From contig CAWDVR010000005.1 of NCBI GenBank assembly GCA_963805975.1, positions 160,001-224,000 of the forward strand: 64,000 bases of DNA. Reading direction: 5' to 3'. Source of the DNA: an uncultured Acidobacteriota bacterium (GTDB taxonomy: Bacteria > Acidobacteriota > Thermoanaerobaculia > Multivoradales > SZUA-115). The notes beneath the pieces were generated by a model. The model was not told where the DNA came from. It searched no databases and was given only the letters and a program-made list of their open reading frames with translations. Shown in pieces: positions 8,865-18,262 of the stretch (positions are counted from its first letter, which is position 1; each line of letters opens with the position of its first letter). The position numbers were made by a program, and so were the translations under genes.

Positions 8865-10774
8865 AACGCGACCGTCAAGCCGCCGACCCAGGTACGGCCC
8901 TGGGCCGGGTAGCCGGTGACCTCCTCGTACTGCCGGTCGGCCACGTTCTCGACCCGCGCATAGGGCGCGAGGCGAGCGCTCGCCCGGTAGCGGGCGCCCA
9001 GGTCGAGCCGCACGTAGCTCGGGTTGGTCACGGAAGCGCCGGTCGCCGGGTCGAAGTCCGGCCGTTCGCCCACGAAGCGGCCGGCGGCGGTGAGCGCGAA
9101 GCGTCCGGGTTTCACGGTCACGAAGAGGTTGGCGCTCTCCTGCGGCCGGCGCAGCAGGTCGGTGCCGGTGACCAGATTCTCGGCCTCGAGGTAGGTGACG
9201 TTGGCCCTGAGGTCCACCCACTCGTTGCCCCAGCCGACCGCGCCCTCGGCGCCGCGGCTCCTGGCGCGGAGGATGTTCGCAAAGCGGTTGGCCACGACGT
9301 CGAAGTCGATCAGGTTCTCCTGCTCGAGCTGGAAGACGGTGAGCTCCAGGCTCCAGGTGCCGCGGTCGAGCTCCCAGCCCAGCTCGTAGCTCTCGCCGCG
9401 CTCGGGCTCGAGGCCGGTATTGCCGCTGAAGGGGAAGAACAGCTCGCCCAAGGTCGGCGGCCGGAACGCCTCGCCGTAGTGGAGCTTCAGGCGGCTCTCC
9501 TCCGTCAGCCGCAGGTTGGCGCCAGCCCGCAGGCTGGTCTCGGCACCGAACACGTCGTTGTCGTCGCGCCGCAGGCCGGCGGTGAGCGCGACCCGCCCGA
9601 GCTGATAGTTCACTTCGCCGAAGCCCGCCCAGGTGCGCTGGTGAGACTGTTCGAGGTTGGGGCCGAAGACCGAGACGTCGGTCACCTCGAGCCGCTCGAT
9701 CTCGGCGCCGAGGGCCACCGACAGCCGCTCGTCGCGCCGGTAGGCGACCACGGCGCGGGCCCGCTCGGCCTGGGAGTCGGTGTCCGAGCTGGTGAAGCCG
9801 AAGGCGTCCCCGGGATCGCGGAAGGCGTACTCGGACTCGATGCGCGAGACCTGGCCGGCGAGCGTCCAGGAGTCCCCGAGCGAGGCCGAGAACGGCAGCG
9901 CCAGCTCGCGCTCCTCCCAGGCGATCGAGCCGCTCCTGCTGGGCACGCCGAATGAGAACGGAATGCCGGACTCCGAGTCGTTGACGCGCGCCACGAGCGC
10001 CAGGGACGCGCCGTCGCGGATCGCCCAACCGAGCTTCGCCACCAGCTCCTCGCTGTCGAAGTGGCCGTTGTCGAACTCGCTGTCACCGCGGCGGATGCCG
10101 CCGGCCACGTCGAGGTGGGTCGGGCCGAGGTCGTGCCCGGCCGCGATGCCGGCGCGGTAGTAGCCGTCCTCGCCGCCCTCGAGCCGCAGCTGACCACCAT
10201 CGTGCTGGCCGGAGAGGATCTGCACCACGCCGCCGATGGCGTTGCCGCCATAGAGCGTCGAGGCCGGGCTGCGCACCACCTCGATGCGCTCCACACCCTC
10301 GCTGCCCAGGAACTGCCAGTTGAAGCCGCCGAAGTAGGGGCTGTTGAGCTGCACGCCGTTCCACAGCAGGAGGGTCTGGTCGGACTCGGCCCCGCGCACG
10401 AACACCGAGGTCTGCTGGCCGGGAGGCCCGGCCATGGCGACCGACACGCCGGACACCGAGGCGATGAGGTCGGCGACGGACGGCGCCTGCCGGGCCTCGA
10501 TCTCGTCGCTGTCGATCACCACCACGGAAACCGGCAGCTCGTTGCGTTCGCGAGCGACGGCCGAGGCGGTGACGGCGACGCTCTCGGCGTACTGCGCTCG
10601 TCGCGGCTCCAGGACCGCCGCGTCCTCCGGCTCCTGGGTTTGGGGTTCCACGGCTTCACTCGCGGGAATCGGCTCGGAAACGGTCTGGCCCATTTCGATC
10701 TGACCTGGGGCCGGCATCACACCCCCGAGGATGCCGGCGAGCCCCAGGACGGTGACCCAGAGGGTCTGGCGCAT
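8861..10774 (-). CDS. btuB: TonB-dependent cobalamin receptor
   Basis: Signal peptide, TonB-box-like ESVAVTA, plug (VFVRG, ERIEVVR...LYG..AIGGV) and C-terminal aromatic F. It lies directly downstream of the B12 riboswitch, with RBS AAAGGAG. Confidence 0.9.
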   Translation of the reverse strand: MRQTLWVTVLGLAGILGGVMPAPGQIEMGQTVSEPIPASEAVEPQTQEPEDAAVLEPRRAQYAESVAVTASAVARERNELPVSVVVIDSDEIEARQAPSVADLIASVSGVSVAMAGPPGQQTSVFVRGAESDQTLLLWNGVQLNSPYFGGFNWQFLGSEGVERIEVVRSPASTLYGGNAIGGVVQILSGQHDGGQLRLEGGEDGYYRAGIAAGHDLGPTHLDVAGGIRRGDSEFDNGHFDSEELVAKLGWAIRDGASLALVARVNDSESGIPFSFGVPSRSGSIAWEERELALPFSASLGDSWTLAGQVSRIESEYAFRDPGDAFGFTSSDTDSQAERARAVVAYRRDERLSVALGAEIERLEVTDVSVFGPNLEQSHQRTWAGFGEVNYQLGRVALTAGLRRDDNDVFGAETSLRAGANLRLTEESRLKLHYGEAFRPPTLGELFFPFSGNTGLEPERGESYELGWELDRGTWSLELTVFQLEQENLIDFDVVANRFANILRARSRGAEGAVGWGNEWVDLRANVTYLEAENLVTGTDLLRRPQESANLFVTVKPGRFALTAAGRFVGERPDFDPATGASVTNPSYVRLDLGARYRASARLAPYARVENVADRQYEEVTGYPAQGRTWVGGLTVAF

Positions 10775-10778
10775 AGCG

Positions 10779-10818
10779 CGCTCCTTTCATGGCAGAAGCG
10801 ACGACCGCCGGAGGAGCG
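10779..10818 (-). promoter_or_regulatory. SD-sequestering hairpin (riboswitch expression platform)
   Basis: On the minus strand, CGCTCCT (10818-10812) pairs with AGGAGCG (10785-10779) over the btuB RBS. There is also an inner GGCGG/CTGCC stem. Confidence 0.6.
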
Positions 10819-10910
10819 GGGGGAGAGATGGGGGCGCGAGCGCAGCGGGAAAGAGCCGGAAGCTGCGGAGCGACGTCCTCACACTGCACCCCGCAGCGGC
10901 CGGTGGATCG

Positions 10911-11150
10911 TCGAGCGCGAACGGCAGGTCTCCTGGCTTCCGGATCTCCCTACTCCCGGACCTTCCCACGCGGACAACCGCCGGCCGGCGGGCATCCGTC
11001 GGATGCCTCGGGCCGCGAGCGATCGTGCCGCGCAGTGGTGATCCCGGTTTCGTACCCGGTGACAGTGGCGGGGGCCGCGCCGGATTCACACCGGCTTCCC
11101 TCTTGTCCGCGACCGGAGCCCAGGGCCCCGGCCGCACCGTCGCGCTTCGA
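10911..11150 (-). ncRNA. Cobalamin (AdoCbl-class) riboswitch
   Basis: Minus strand has AAGAGGGAAGCCGGTGTGAATCCGGCGCGGCCCCCGCCACTGT, CCACTG, GGGAAGG and the B12 box AAGCCAGGAGACCTGCC. An extended P1 is formed by TCGAAGCGCGACGG / CCGTTCGCGCTCGA. Confidence 0.95.
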
Positions 11151-11200
11151 ACGTTGTCAAAGAACCGGCCCGCCCACACGGGCGCGCCGGGAGAAGCTCG

Positions 11201-11719
11201 CTACTGAACGGGGGCGCCCTCGCCGGCCGGCGGCGTCACCGGCGCCGGCGGCGGGAGCTGTTGTGGCTGCACGGAGGTTCCGGAGCCGCCGTAGCTGCCC
11301 GGGAACGTGGTGGGGAAACCCCCGCCGATGTCCTCGGGGTCGACGAACTGGTTCTGATCGTAGGAGCGCTCCGGCGCCGGCAGGCCCGCGGCGCCGGCGG
11401 TCGCCTCGTCATAGTCGTTGGCCGACCAGCCGAGCACGATGGTGCTGGCGTCGAGACGCTTGCCGAAGCCCCGGTTGTTGGTGTCCGAAGCGATGCTGAG
11501 GACGTCCTGGCGCGCAATGGCCACCCAGTTGCCGACATCCGACAGCACCATGATCATGTTCTCGTCCCAGCTCGCCTGCTGCGGCGGGTGCCGGGTGAGG
11601 AACGTCCCCCCACCCTTGAGCTGGACGGTGTAGGTCTCGGCCGTGGCCGGCAGCGGGAGGACGGCGACGGCCAGCAGGGCGAGAGCGCTCACCAGGACGA
11701 AGAGCCGTGCGCGGGTCAT
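11201..11719 (-). CDS. Secreted hypothetical protein
   Basis: Signal peptide ending ATA-E, RBS GGAGG, upstream TGCTAGAAT extended -10 near 11757-11765, and a Pro-rich C-terminus. Confidence 0.75.
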   Translation of the reverse strand: MTRARLFVLVSALALLAVAVLPLPATAETYTVQLKGGGTFLTRHPPQQASWDENMIMVLSDVGNWVAIARQDVLSIASDTNNRGFGKRLDASTIVLGWSANDYDEATAGAAGLPAPERSYDQNQFVDPEDIGGGFPTTFPGSYGGSGTSVQPQQLPPPAPVTPPAGEGAPVQ

Positions 11720-11779
11720 GGTCACCTCCGGGGTGCGAGTTCGAGCTAAGTGGGCATTCTAGCACGCACTAGCGGGCCC

Positions 11780-14700
11780 TCAGGAAGGCTGCACCGCCGC
11801 CGCGCCCAGGGCGTCGAGGAGAAAGGCGTAGCGGAAGGCGACCGCACGGTGTCTGGCGTAGCGGCCGGAGGCGCCGGAGTGGCCGGCCTCCATCTCGATC
11901 CGCACCAGCACCTTGGTGTCCGCCGTGTTCGCGGCGCGCAGCCGCGCCGCCCACTTCACCGGGCCCCAGTAGGGGACGCGCTGGTCGTTGTACGAGGTGA
12001 GGACCAGAACCTGCGGGTAGCCCGAAGGATGGACGTTCTCGTACGGCGAGTAGGAGCGCATGTAGTCGAACGTCGCCGCCTCGCTCGGGTTGCCCCATTC
12101 CTCGTACTCGATCACGGTGAGCGGCAGCGAGGAGTCGGTCATGCTGTTGACGAGGTCGACCAGCGCCACGTTCGCCACCGCGGCGCGGAACAGGTCCGGC
12201 CGCATGTTGAGCACCGAGCCCACCAAGAGGCCGCTGGCGCTCGAGCCCTCGATGGCGAGCCGCTTGGGGCTGGTGTAGCCCTGGCGGATCAGCTCCTCGG
12301 CGACGGCGATGAAGTCGGTGAAGGTGTTCTTCTTGTTGAGCAGGCGGCCCTGGTCGTGCCAGACCTGGCCCATCTCGCCGCCGCCCCGCGCGTGGGCCAT
12401 GGCGTAGACGAACCCGCGGTCGAGCAGGCTCAGGAGGTCCGGCGAGAACATGGCCTCGAGCTTGCGGCCATAGGCGCCGTAGCCGATCAGCAGGCAGGGG
12501 TTGTCGCCGTCCTTCACCAGGCCGCGGCGGTAGGCGACGGTGATCGGCACCTCGGTGCCGTCCGGGGCGCGGGTCGAGATGCGCTCGGTGACGTACCTCG
12601 AGGGATCGTAGCCGCGTACCGGGGTCTGCTTCAGGAGCTCGAGTTTGCCCAGGTCCATCCGGTATTCGAAGATCGACATCGGCGTGGTGAGCGAGGTGTA
12701 GCGGAAGCGCAACGCCGGCGAGCCGTACTGCGTGTTGTCCTGCGGCCAGATGGTGTACGAGGGCTCGGGGAACGCCACCTCGTGCTCCTTGCCGGTGGTG
12801 CGCTCGACGATGCGGATACGGGGCAGGCCGCGGCTCTGCTCGAAGAGCACCACGTAGTCCTGGAACACCTCGAAGCTCTCGATGCGGATGCCGGGCCGCT
12901 CGGGCAGCACCTCGCGCCAGCTCGGCCGCGAGGGGCTGGCGACCGGCGTCTCCATCAAGCGGAAGTTCGGCGCGCCGTCGTTGGTGAGGATCAGGAAGCG
13001 GTCCCGCTGGTGCTGCACGAAGTAGTCGAGACCGAGGCGGCGCGGGGCGAAGACCAGGAGTGGCGCTTCCGGCCGGTTGGCGTCGAGGAGCCGCGCCTCG
13101 CTGGTGGTGGCGCTGTCCGCCCGGATCACCAGGTACTGCTGGCTCTTGGTCTTCTCGACGCTGAGATGGAAGGCCTCGTCCGGCTCGTGGTAGACCAGCG
13201 GATCGGCCTCCGGGTCCGAGCCCATGCGGTGCCGGAACACCTTGTACGGCCGGTTCGCGGCGTCGCGCCGGGCATAGAACAGGGTGCGGTTGTCGTTGGC
13301 CCACTGGAAGTCGCGGAAGGTGTCCTTCATCTGGTCGGGGGCCACCTCGCCGGTCTGCAGATCCTTGACCAGCAGCGTGAACCGCTCGTCGCCCTCGGTG
13401 TCGAGGGTGTAGGCCACGAAGCGGTGGTCGGGGCTGGTGCGCACCCGGCCCAGCCGGAAGTAGTCGTGGCCCTCGGCCATGGCGTTGCTGTCGAGCACCA
13501 CCTCCTCCGGCGCCTCCATGCTCCCCTTCTTGCGGTAGTAGGCGCGGTACGGTTTGTCGGGCTCGGCGCGCGTGTAATAGAAGTAGTCGTCCTGCTGGAA
13601 CGGCATCACCGGGTCGGCCTCGTCGCTGTGGCCCAGGAACTCGTCGTAGAGCTGCTTCTCGAGGCCGGCGAGCGGCGCCATCACGGCGTCGGTGTAGCGG
13701 TTCTCGGCCTCGAGGTGCGCCAGGACCGCGGGGTTGTCGCGGTCCATCAGCCAGGCGTAGTCGTCGGTCCAGCGCCGGCTCTCGAAGATGCGCTCGGTGG
13801 GCGCCACGCGCGCCACGGGAGGATTGGGCGGCTCCGCCGCGGCTGCCGGCGCCCCCGTCTGCACCGCGGCCGGCGCGGGGGCGGTGTGCGAGGCCCCGGT
13901 GTGTGAAGCTGGGCCGGACGGCGGCCCCAGGCTCTCGCGCAGCCGCAGGGACTCTTCGAGGTCCGCCATGGTCCCTACGACGCCGTGCGCGCCGACCAGC
14001 TTGTCGATGGCGAGGCCCAGCTCCTGCAGGCGCTTGGCGAGCGCCACGGCGGCGTCGCTCGCCGGCTCCAGCCCGCCGACGCGCGGGATGGAGAAGAGGT
14101 CCGCCTGGAAGAGGATCTTCTCTTGCGGCAGGTAGGCGGCCAGGATCTCGTCGGCATGGGGGTTGGGCCCCAGGTCCAGGATCTCCACCACGCGCTTGCC
14201 GTCGGTGAAGGTCCGCTTCTTGTCGACCAGCTCGAAGCGGGCAGCCTTGGGATCGAGGCTCAGGGCATCGGGATCGACCGTGCGCACCGCCGCCGCCATG
14301 CGCTCGAGGAGCGGCTGCGCGCGGCGGGTGGTGACGACCGTCGCGCTCTCGGCGATCACCGTGCGGACGCCGCCGCTGTGGGTGTCGTGATGGTGAGTGA
14401 GCACGGCGTAGCGGATCGGCTTGTCCGGGATCTTCTGGTGGATCATCCGCACGGCCTGGGCCGTCATGCCGCTGCTCTGCGGCGCGTCCACCATCAGCAC
14501 GTGGTCCGCGAACTCCACGAACAGCACGTTGGCAAGGCCGTCCACCAGGTGGACGCCCGGCGCCAGCTCGGTGAGCTTGGGCTTCGGCGGCTCCTCGTAC
14601 GGCACCTCCTGGTAGCCGGCCGGGACCTGGAACAGGGACTCGTCGAGCGGCTGGTTGACCTTGACCTCGACGAAGCGCAGGCGCTGGCCCGGCTCGCCGG

Positions 14701-15460
14701 CGCTCGCGGTCTGGAAGCCCGCCGGCACCAGCCAGCCGTCGAGCGGCTGGTAGGGCGGCAGGAAGGTGGTCTCGGTCGCCGTGTCGCCGTAGATGTTGTC
14801 GGTCGAGATCCCGTCGTAGCGGGTGAGGAGGTGCGAGGCGGCGTCGAGGAAGAGCGTGAATACCCGGCCGTTGCTCCAGGCGAAGGAGATCACCTCGTGC
14901 TTCTTGCCCTCGAGGTCCACCTCGCCCAGGAAGCGCAGCGAGCGCGCCCGCCGCTGGGCGTGGCCGAGCATCAGGGCCGGGAACACCCGCTCCAGGTACT
15001 CGAAGTCCTCGAGCGCCAGGCGCTCGTTCTTGCGGAACTTCTTCACCACGTGGTTGGTCTCGATCTTCTCCTCGCCCCGCACCCAGACGCTGCTCGAGAT
15101 CACGATGCCGCCGGCGTTGGAGTAGGTGCGGTCGTCGAACACCCAGCCCTCTTCGAGGTCGAAGGCCCAGTGGTCCCAGAGCGGTGTGGTGGCGAAGGGC
15201 GGCTCCACGGCGGGGCTCTGGTTGCGGAGGATGGTCTCGCCCTGGGCTTTGATCGCCAGCGTCTCGATCGAGTCGATGCGCTCCATGCCGCCCATCACCT
15301 CGATGGCGGCGTCGAGGGCCTTGCGCGCGCGCTGGTAGGAGTCGAGGGTGAGCGACGGCGAGGCCCACAGTTGATCCCCGGGGCGACCCCAGAGGAGAGC
15401 CGGGGCCGTCACCAGCGCCAGCAGGAAGACCCACTTCAGACTCCGATCGGGCTTGCTCAA
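11780..15460 (-). CDS. Secreted fusion of an N-terminal beta-rich domain, an MBL-fold domain and an S9A oligopeptidase B
   Basis: TTG start with RBS GAGGAGGAG and a signal peptide. MBL-like THHHDTHSGG, H, ADLF and GAHG motifs, then a Pro/Ala linker. S9A motifs DDYAWL, GYGAYG, RGGGE, GSSASG (Ser), NDQRV (Asp) and AGHSG (His). Confidence 0.88.
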   Translation of the reverse strand: MSKPDRSLKWVFLLALVTAPALLWGRPGDQLWASPSLTLDSYQRARKALDAAIEVMGGMERIDSIETLAIKAQGETILRNQSPAVEPPFATTPLWDHWAFDLEEGWVFDDRTYSNAGGIVISSSVWVRGEEKIETNHVVKKFRKNERLALEDFEYLERVFPALMLGHAQRRARSLRFLGEVDLEGKKHEVISFAWSNGRVFTLFLDAASHLLTRYDGISTDNIYGDTATETTFLPPYQPLDGWLVPAGFQTASAGEPGQRLRFVEVKVNQPLDESLFQVPAGYQEVPYEEPPKPKLTELAPGVHLVDGLANVLFVEFADHVLMVDAPQSSGMTAQAVRMIHQKIPDKPIRYAVLTHHHDTHSGGVRTVIAESATVVTTRRAQPLLERMAAAVRTVDPDALSLDPKAARFELVDKKRTFTDGKRVVEILDLGPNPHADEILAAYLPQEKILFQADLFSIPRVGGLEPASDAAVALAKRLQELGLAIDKLVGAHGVVGTMADLEESLRLRESLGPPSGPASHTGASHTAPAPAAVQTGAPAAAAEPPNPPVARVAPTERIFESRRWTDDYAWLMDRDNPAVLAHLEAENRYTDAVMAPLAGLEKQLYDEFLGHSDEADPVMPFQQDDYFYYTRAEPDKPYRAYYRKKGSMEAPEEVVLDSNAMAEGHDYFRLGRVRTSPDHRFVAYTLDTEGDERFTLLVKDLQTGEVAPDQMKDTFRDFQWANDNRTLFYARRDAANRPYKVFRHRMGSDPEADPLVYHEPDEAFHLSVEKTKSQQYLVIRADSATTSEARLLDANRPEAPLLVFAPRRLGLDYFVQHQRDRFLILTNDGAPNFRLMETPVASPSRPSWREVLPERPGIRIESFEVFQDYVVLFEQSRGLPRIRIVERTTGKEHEVAFPEPSYTIWPQDNTQYGSPALRFRYTSLTTPMSIFEYRMDLGKLELLKQTPVRGYDPSRYVTERISTRAPDGTEVPITVAYRRGLVKDGDNPCLLIGYGAYGRKLEAMFSPDLLSLLDRGFVYAMAHARGGGEMGQVWHDQGRLLNKKNTFTDFIAVAEELIRQGYTSPKRLAIEGSSASGLLVGSVLNMRPDLFRAAVANVALVDLVNSMTDSSLPLTVIEYEEWGNPSEAATFDYMRSYSPYENVHPSGYPQVLVLTSYNDQRVPYWGPVKWAARLRAANTADTKVLVRIEMEAGHSGASGRYARHRAVAFRYAFLLDALGAAAVQPS

Positions 15461-15558
15461 GATTCGGCTCCTCCTCGTTTTCAGGATGCGACGGAGCTGC
15501 CGCTATACTGGTCAGCCCGCGCCCGCTTTCTTGTGTGCCCGACGGGCGAAACCGAGAC

Positions 15559-17139
15559 ATGAGCGCCGACACCATGGGGCGCCTGGCCCGCGCCCCCCAC
15601 CCCGCACTCTTCCGCCTGCTCTACGAGCCGCAGCTCGCGGCCGACAAGGGTCCGCTCGTACCGCTGCTGCTCGCGGTCGACGCCGCGCACGTGGTGATGC
15701 TCGCCGAGCGCGGCCTGCTGCCGCCGGCGGTGGCGGCGCAGCTCCTGGCGGTCAACCGCGATCTCGAGGCGAGAGTCGCCGCCGGCGAGGACCCGATCGG
15801 CGAGCCGGCGAGCCACCGCGGTCTCTACGCGCTCTACGAGCACCTCTACGTCGAGCGCCTGGGCGCGGAGGCCGGCGGCGCAGCCCATTTCGCGAGGAGC
15901 CGCAACGACGTCAACGCCGCGCTGACCCGGCTCCGCCTCGGAGCGGTCCTCTTCGGGATCTCGGAGCAGGCGGCGGCCCTGCTGGAGCTCCTCCTGGCCC
16001 TCGCGGAGCGGCACGCCGGCACGCTGATGGCGGGCTTCACCCACTTCGAGCCGGCGCAGCCCACCTCCTTCGGCCACTACCTCGCGGCGGTCGCCGCCGA
16101 GCTCCTGCGCACGGCGGAGTGGCTGGCCGAGTCCGCGGCGCGCGCCGACCGCTCGCCGCTCGGCGCCGCGGCCGGCTTCGGCACCTCGCAGCCCATCGAC
16201 CGCGAGCGGGTGGCGGAGCTCCTGGGCTTCTCCGGGGTGATCGAGAGCTCGCTCGACGCCGTGGCCTCGCGCGACTACGCGGTGCACGCGGGCGGCGCCC
16301 TCGCCATGCTCGGCATGACCCTCACCCGCCTCGCCTCCGACCTCCAGACCTGGGGCAGCGCCGCCTACCGCTTCCTCGCCTGGCCGGACGAGCTGGTGAG
16401 CACCAGCTCGATCATGCCCCAGAAGCGAAACGTCTTCGCGCTCGAGAACCTGCGCGGGCGCGCCGTCCGGCCCGTGGGGGCGCTCGTCAACCTGTTGCTG
16501 GGCTTGAAGAACACGCCCTTCACCAACAGCGTGGAAGTGAGCGGCGAGGCGACCTCTCACCTCTGGCCGGCGGCCGAGGCCGCGACGCTCTCGCTCGAGC
16601 TCGCCCGCCTGCTGCTCGAAGCGATGGAGGTGGACGCTTCGCGCATGACGGCGTTCCTTTCCGGCCGCCAGACCACCATGACGGCGGTCGCCAACCTCCT
16701 GGTCGAGGACCACGGCCTGCCCTTCCGCACCGCCCACGGCGCGGCCGGGCGCCTGGCGGCCGAGCAGCCGGACGCCGAGGAACGACCCGAGGAGGTGGCG
16801 CGGCGCCTGCCGGAGATCGTGGCGGAGCTGGCCGGCCGGCGGATCGAGATCGATCCCGCCCGCCTGCGCCGGGCCCTCGACCCGGCCGCTCTCCTGGCCG
16901 GGGCCGTCTACGGCGGGGGCCCGGCGCCGGAGTCCGTCCGCAACCAGCTCGCGGCCCTGGGCGGGCGCCTCGCGGCCCTCTGCCGCGACCTCGAAGAGCG
17001 GAAAAAAAGGAAAGAGGAGGCGGCCTGGCGTCTCACCGCGGCGGTTTCGCGCATTCTTAGAGCGAGCGACGAAACCGCCGCCAGGGAGACCCATCGCGAT
17101 GCCGACCCGGTACGACTCACTCCTCGACCCGATCCGTGA
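15559..17139 (+). CDS. Argininosuccinate-lyase-like protein (PacQ/DabB-type)
   Basis: ARSRND, MAGFTH..PAQP, PLGAAAGFG and SSIMPQKRN (fumarase/aspartase superfamily signature). A TATACT hexamer lies at 15504. Confidence 0.9.
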   Translation: MSADTMGRLARAPHPALFRLLYEPQLAADKGPLVPLLLAVDAAHVVMLAERGLLPPAVAAQLLAVNRDLEARVAAGEDPIGEPASHRGLYALYEHLYVERLGAEAGGAAHFARSRNDVNAALTRLRLGAVLFGISEQAAALLELLLALAERHAGTLMAGFTHFEPAQPTSFGHYLAAVAAELLRTAEWLAESAARADRSPLGAAAGFGTSQPIDRERVAELLGFSGVIESSLDAVASRDYAVHAGGALAMLGMTLTRLASDLQTWGSAAYRFLAWPDELVSTSSIMPQKRNVFALENLRGRAVRPVGALVNLLLGLKNTPFTNSVEVSGEATSHLWPAAEAATLSLELARLLLEAMEVDASRMTAFLSGRQTTMTAVANLLVEDHGLPFRTAHGAAGRLAAEQPDAEERPEEVARRLPEIVAELAGRRIEIDPARLRRALDPAALLAGAVYGGGPAPESVRNQLAALGGRLAALCRDLEERKKRKEEAAWRLTAAVSRILRASDETAARETHRDADPVRLTPRPDP

Positions 17140-18224
17140 CCTCCAGATCGTCCGCGTGCCGCGCCGCGGGGCGTTGACCGGCGGTGCCCAGCTCTGGGCC
17201 CAGCTCGAGCTGGGCCTGCCCGGCGGCATGAAGGACCGCGTCGCCCTGCGGATGATCGAAGAAGCCGAGGCGCGAGGCGAGATCCACCCCGGCGACACGC
17301 TCATCGAGAGCTCCTCCGGCAACCTCGCCGAGGGCCTCGCCAGGGTTGGCCGGCTCAAGGGCTACCAGGTCATCATCGTCACCGACCCGCGCATCGACGA
17401 CCTGATGGTGGCGAAGCTCCGGGCCCTGGGAGCGCGGCTCGAGATCGTCGAGGACTACGACCCGGTGGGCGGCTGGCAGAGCTCGCGCCTCAGGCGCCTG
17501 CGCGAGATGCTCGATGCCCTGCCCGGCGCGCACTGGACCATGCAGTACGACACCCCTGCCAATGGCGCGGCCTACACCGCGGTCGGGCCGGCCCTGGTGG
17601 AGCTCCTGGGGCCGCGCATCGGCGCCCTGGTGGGCACGGTTGGGCAGCGGCGGCTCGCTCTGCGGCATCGCCGCCTCGCTCGCACCGCTGGTGCCGGGCC
17701 TGAAGGTGGTCGCCGTCGACGCCGTGGGCTCCGTCCTCTTCCACCAGCCGGACCGCCGGCGCCTGCAATCCGGCCACAGCAACAGCATCGTGCCCGGCAA
17801 CGTGCGCTACGAGCGCATCGACGAGGTGCACTGGCTCTCGGACGGCGAGGTGTTCGACGGCTGCCGCGAGCTGGCGCGGGTGGCCGGCGTCTTCGGCGGC
17901 GGCTCCTCGGGCGCCGCCTGGGTGGTGGCGTCGTGGGTGGCCGGGCGTTTCGCGCCCGACGAGCACGTGATCGCCATCCTTCCCGACCGCGGCGACCGCT
18001 ACGCCAAGACCATCTACTCCGACGCCTTCCTCGAAGAGCAGGGCATTGCCGGCCGCGCCGCCGCCTTGGAGCCGGTGCCGATCCGCTACGGCGAGGAGGT
18101 GGCCGAGGCCTGGAGCTACGCCCCGCTGCCGCACGGCACGGACGTGCCGTACCACGCGGCCTCCGCGCGCCGTACCTCCGACCTCGCCGCCGAGCTGGGC
18201 CTGGTCGAGGCAGCCGTGGTCTGA
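17099..18224 (+). CDS. PLP-dependent cysteine-synthase-like beta-replacement enzyme (DabA/PacS/SbnA-like); frameshift near 17640
   Basis: PGGMKDR (PLP Lys), ESSSGN and QY in one frame; GSGGSLCG, GGSSGA and PDRGDRY in the next frame. Confidence 0.88.
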
Positions 18225-18262
18225 CGGCCGCCCGCGCGCCGCCCTTTGCCGCCCGCCACGCC

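Noticed and set aside
11155-11160. Perfect TTGACA on the minus strand as the btuB -35
   Set aside because: No -10 at 16-18 nt spacing, and a start there would cut off the riboswitch P1 strand.
11769-15575. 1268-aa alternative-frame ORF and 718/525-aa antisense ORFs
   Set aside because: Low-complexity shadows of the peptidase gene.
15559-17139. Calling this gene argH
   Set aside because: The sequence is divergent and lies in a secondary-metabolite operon with no other arg genes.
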